Assembly (NCBI RefSeq): GCF_964213995.1 | Contig: NW_027590122.1 | Location: 372,001-436,000 of the forward strand | DNA from: Mustelus asterias | Taxonomy: Eukaryota | Length of the DNA stretch: 64,000 nt | Reading direction: 5' to 3' | Part shown: in pieces, positions 62,130-64,000 of the stretch | How the letters are laid out: each line of letters opens with the position of its first letter | Numbering within the stretch: position 1 is the first letter of the stretch | The notes under the pieces: model-generated | Database searches by the model: none | Told to the model about the DNA's origin: nothing | Seen by the model: only the letters and a program-made list of their open reading frames with translations | Made by a program: the position numbers and the translations under genes

Positions 62130-62585
62130 GGGTGTCGCTTGGTTAGATCAGCATGGACTGCCATTCAGTAATTACCGTTGAGAACATGGTGGTCAGCTGT
62201 CTTCTTGAAACGTTGCAGTGTATTTGTGTAGGTACACCAACAGTGCTGTTGGGGAGGGAATTCCAGGAATTTATCCCAATGACAGTGAAGGAGTGGTGAT
62301 ATATTTGCAAATCAGAATGCTGAGTGACTTGAGGTGAGGGGGGGGGGGGGGGGGGGCCGGGGGGTAGTACTGGGGGGAAACCTGCTAGTGGTCGTGCTCT
62401 TGGGTTTTGAAGGTGCTGTCTAATGTGCATTTGGTGAGTTCCTGCATCCTCCAAACAAGTGGAAAGTATTCTAACACACTCCTGATTTGTGCCTTGTAGA
62501 TCGTGGTCTGTTGTTTGGGAGTCAGGAGGTGAGTTACTCGCCGCAGGTTTCCCAGCCTCTGACCTGCTCTTGTAGCCACCTCGAA
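62130..62585 (-). mobile_element. Old LINE (CR1/L2 group) 3' fragment
   Basis: TIYKAQIRSVLEYFPLVW, SWNSLPNSTVG. Confidence 0.7.
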
Positions 62586-62979
62586 CTGATAAAATGTCTG
62601 CTGTGTCACAATAAGAGCATCTTCTTTCCTGTTCATTTTGTTGTGAATTTTCAGCACTTCTCTTTTTCCCTGAATGTACTTTGAGGCATAAGTAAGAGCC
62701 AATGTCTTTGATTGTAAGATATTCTACTCAGGTAATGTTCGGCAGTGGATTCACAGAGGGAGTAGTTAGGGGTTGAGTCGTGTTACTGTCGCTGGACTGA
62801 TAACGCAGAGAAGCAGGCTGAATTCCAACACAGCAGATTGACTGAATTCAAGGGCCATTAGGGATGGCAGTAAATAAAATATTAATTAAGCAACCTTTCC
62901 TCACTTAAACGTATTGGTTTCTGCCCGGCTTTGAACCGTCTGGCCAATATGTAGCAAATGTTGCAAGCCGGGCATAGAT

Positions 62980-63052
62980 GGGCCAGTGGCGCAATGGATA
63001 ACGTGTCTGACTACGGATCAGAAGATTCCAGGTTCGACTCCTGGCTGGCTCG
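62980..63052 (+). tRNA. tRNA-Arg(ACG), likely functional
   Basis: One change from the vertebrate consensus (C25T, still pairs G-U); TTTT terminator at 63060. Confidence 0.95.
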
Positions 63053-64000
63053 CTATAAATTTTAAAAATAGTTCGTAAACTCCATTTTAGTTTCGATGAA
63101 AAAATGTATTTTCAATAACTTTAGACCAATTCAGACAAATGTTCACTAAATCCAGTCACCTTATATGAAGACATTTATCTTAGGTCATTACTTTTCAAAA
63201 AAAAGTTGGCTATTTTAAGTAAGATTCCACTGATAAACTTTCATTGAGTATGTTTAAATTATTTTCTTAAAATTACGAATTCTCGTTAAATTATTTGGAA
63301 AAAGTATTTTAAGCTATCTTTTAAAAAGTTGGGAATTTCTAGATAAATAACGTGGAAATCTTACATTTTTCAGAATGGTGAAAATAGTTTCTAATAAGTT
63401 GATCAAAATTTGTAAAACGCTGCGGAGGAATTTAATTTAAATACATTTAGTATTAAGAAGTTCACAAAATACTCAAGTTCTATCGAAAAGTTTTTTCAAA
63501 AGTTGAGAAATTCTAGTTAAATTCCATTGAGGAATTTCTTTGAAGTAAGTTTAGTTTAGAAAAGTTCAAATTAGCGAGAAGGTTGTGGTTTATGACCCTG
63601 CGATTATTCTCCATTGGAGTGAAGAAGATTGAGGAGTGATTTAATCGAGGTGGACTAAATTAGGGCAAGATTTGAGAGGGAAGAGGCAAATTTTAAGATT
63701 TTTGGCAAGGCGGGCGAAGAGAAGATTTGGAAGGAACATTTTTCCACAGCGAGCGCTGAGAACCAGAAACTCATTGCCTACGAGAGTGTTAGATGCAGTT
63801 AATTTAGGTAAATATAAATTCTGAGGCCGGAGATGGATTTCCTGAGAAAGGAGATGTTTCCAGGAACATTCTGAGGCAAGTATAAAGTTTATTTATTCGT
63901 CACAAGTAGGCTTACATTCACACTGAAATTAAGTTACTGTGAAAATCCCCGAGTCGCCAAACTCCAACGCCTGTTCAGAGTCTCCTCGATGATATTCAAT

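Overview
Eukaryotic, repeat-dense vertebrate DNA, almost certainly from an elasmobranch (shark). This is inferred from HE1/V-SINE-type SINEs, shark-type CR1 LINEs and TCR V segments. The left ~48 kb is a cluster of five C2H2 zinc-finger genes/pseudogenes with no recognisable KRAB/SCAN/BTB exon, plus the intron of a sixth gene running off the left edge. They have CpG-rich promoters and share a 5' region made of decayed zinc fingers. At 47.0-48.5 kb lies an unprocessed, disabled copy of EMC4 exons 1-3 with its CpG promoter, co-oriented upstream of one ZNF exon and missed by the ORF track. The right ~14 kb holds tRNA genes/pseudogenes, including a Pro-CGG copy with a 19-nt insert at the canonical intron site. 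It also holds two TCR alpha/delta-type V segments with open V exons and 23-RSS but broken splice sites, and a divergent CTCF pair. Mobile elements include a full-length Penelope-like element whose pseudo-LTRs carry minimal hammerhead ribozymes (plus several derivatives), a near-intact CR1, many CR1 fragments, two Rex1/Babar-like LINE fragments, solo LTRs and SINEs. All calls were made by eye and from remembered consensus sequences; no searches were run.
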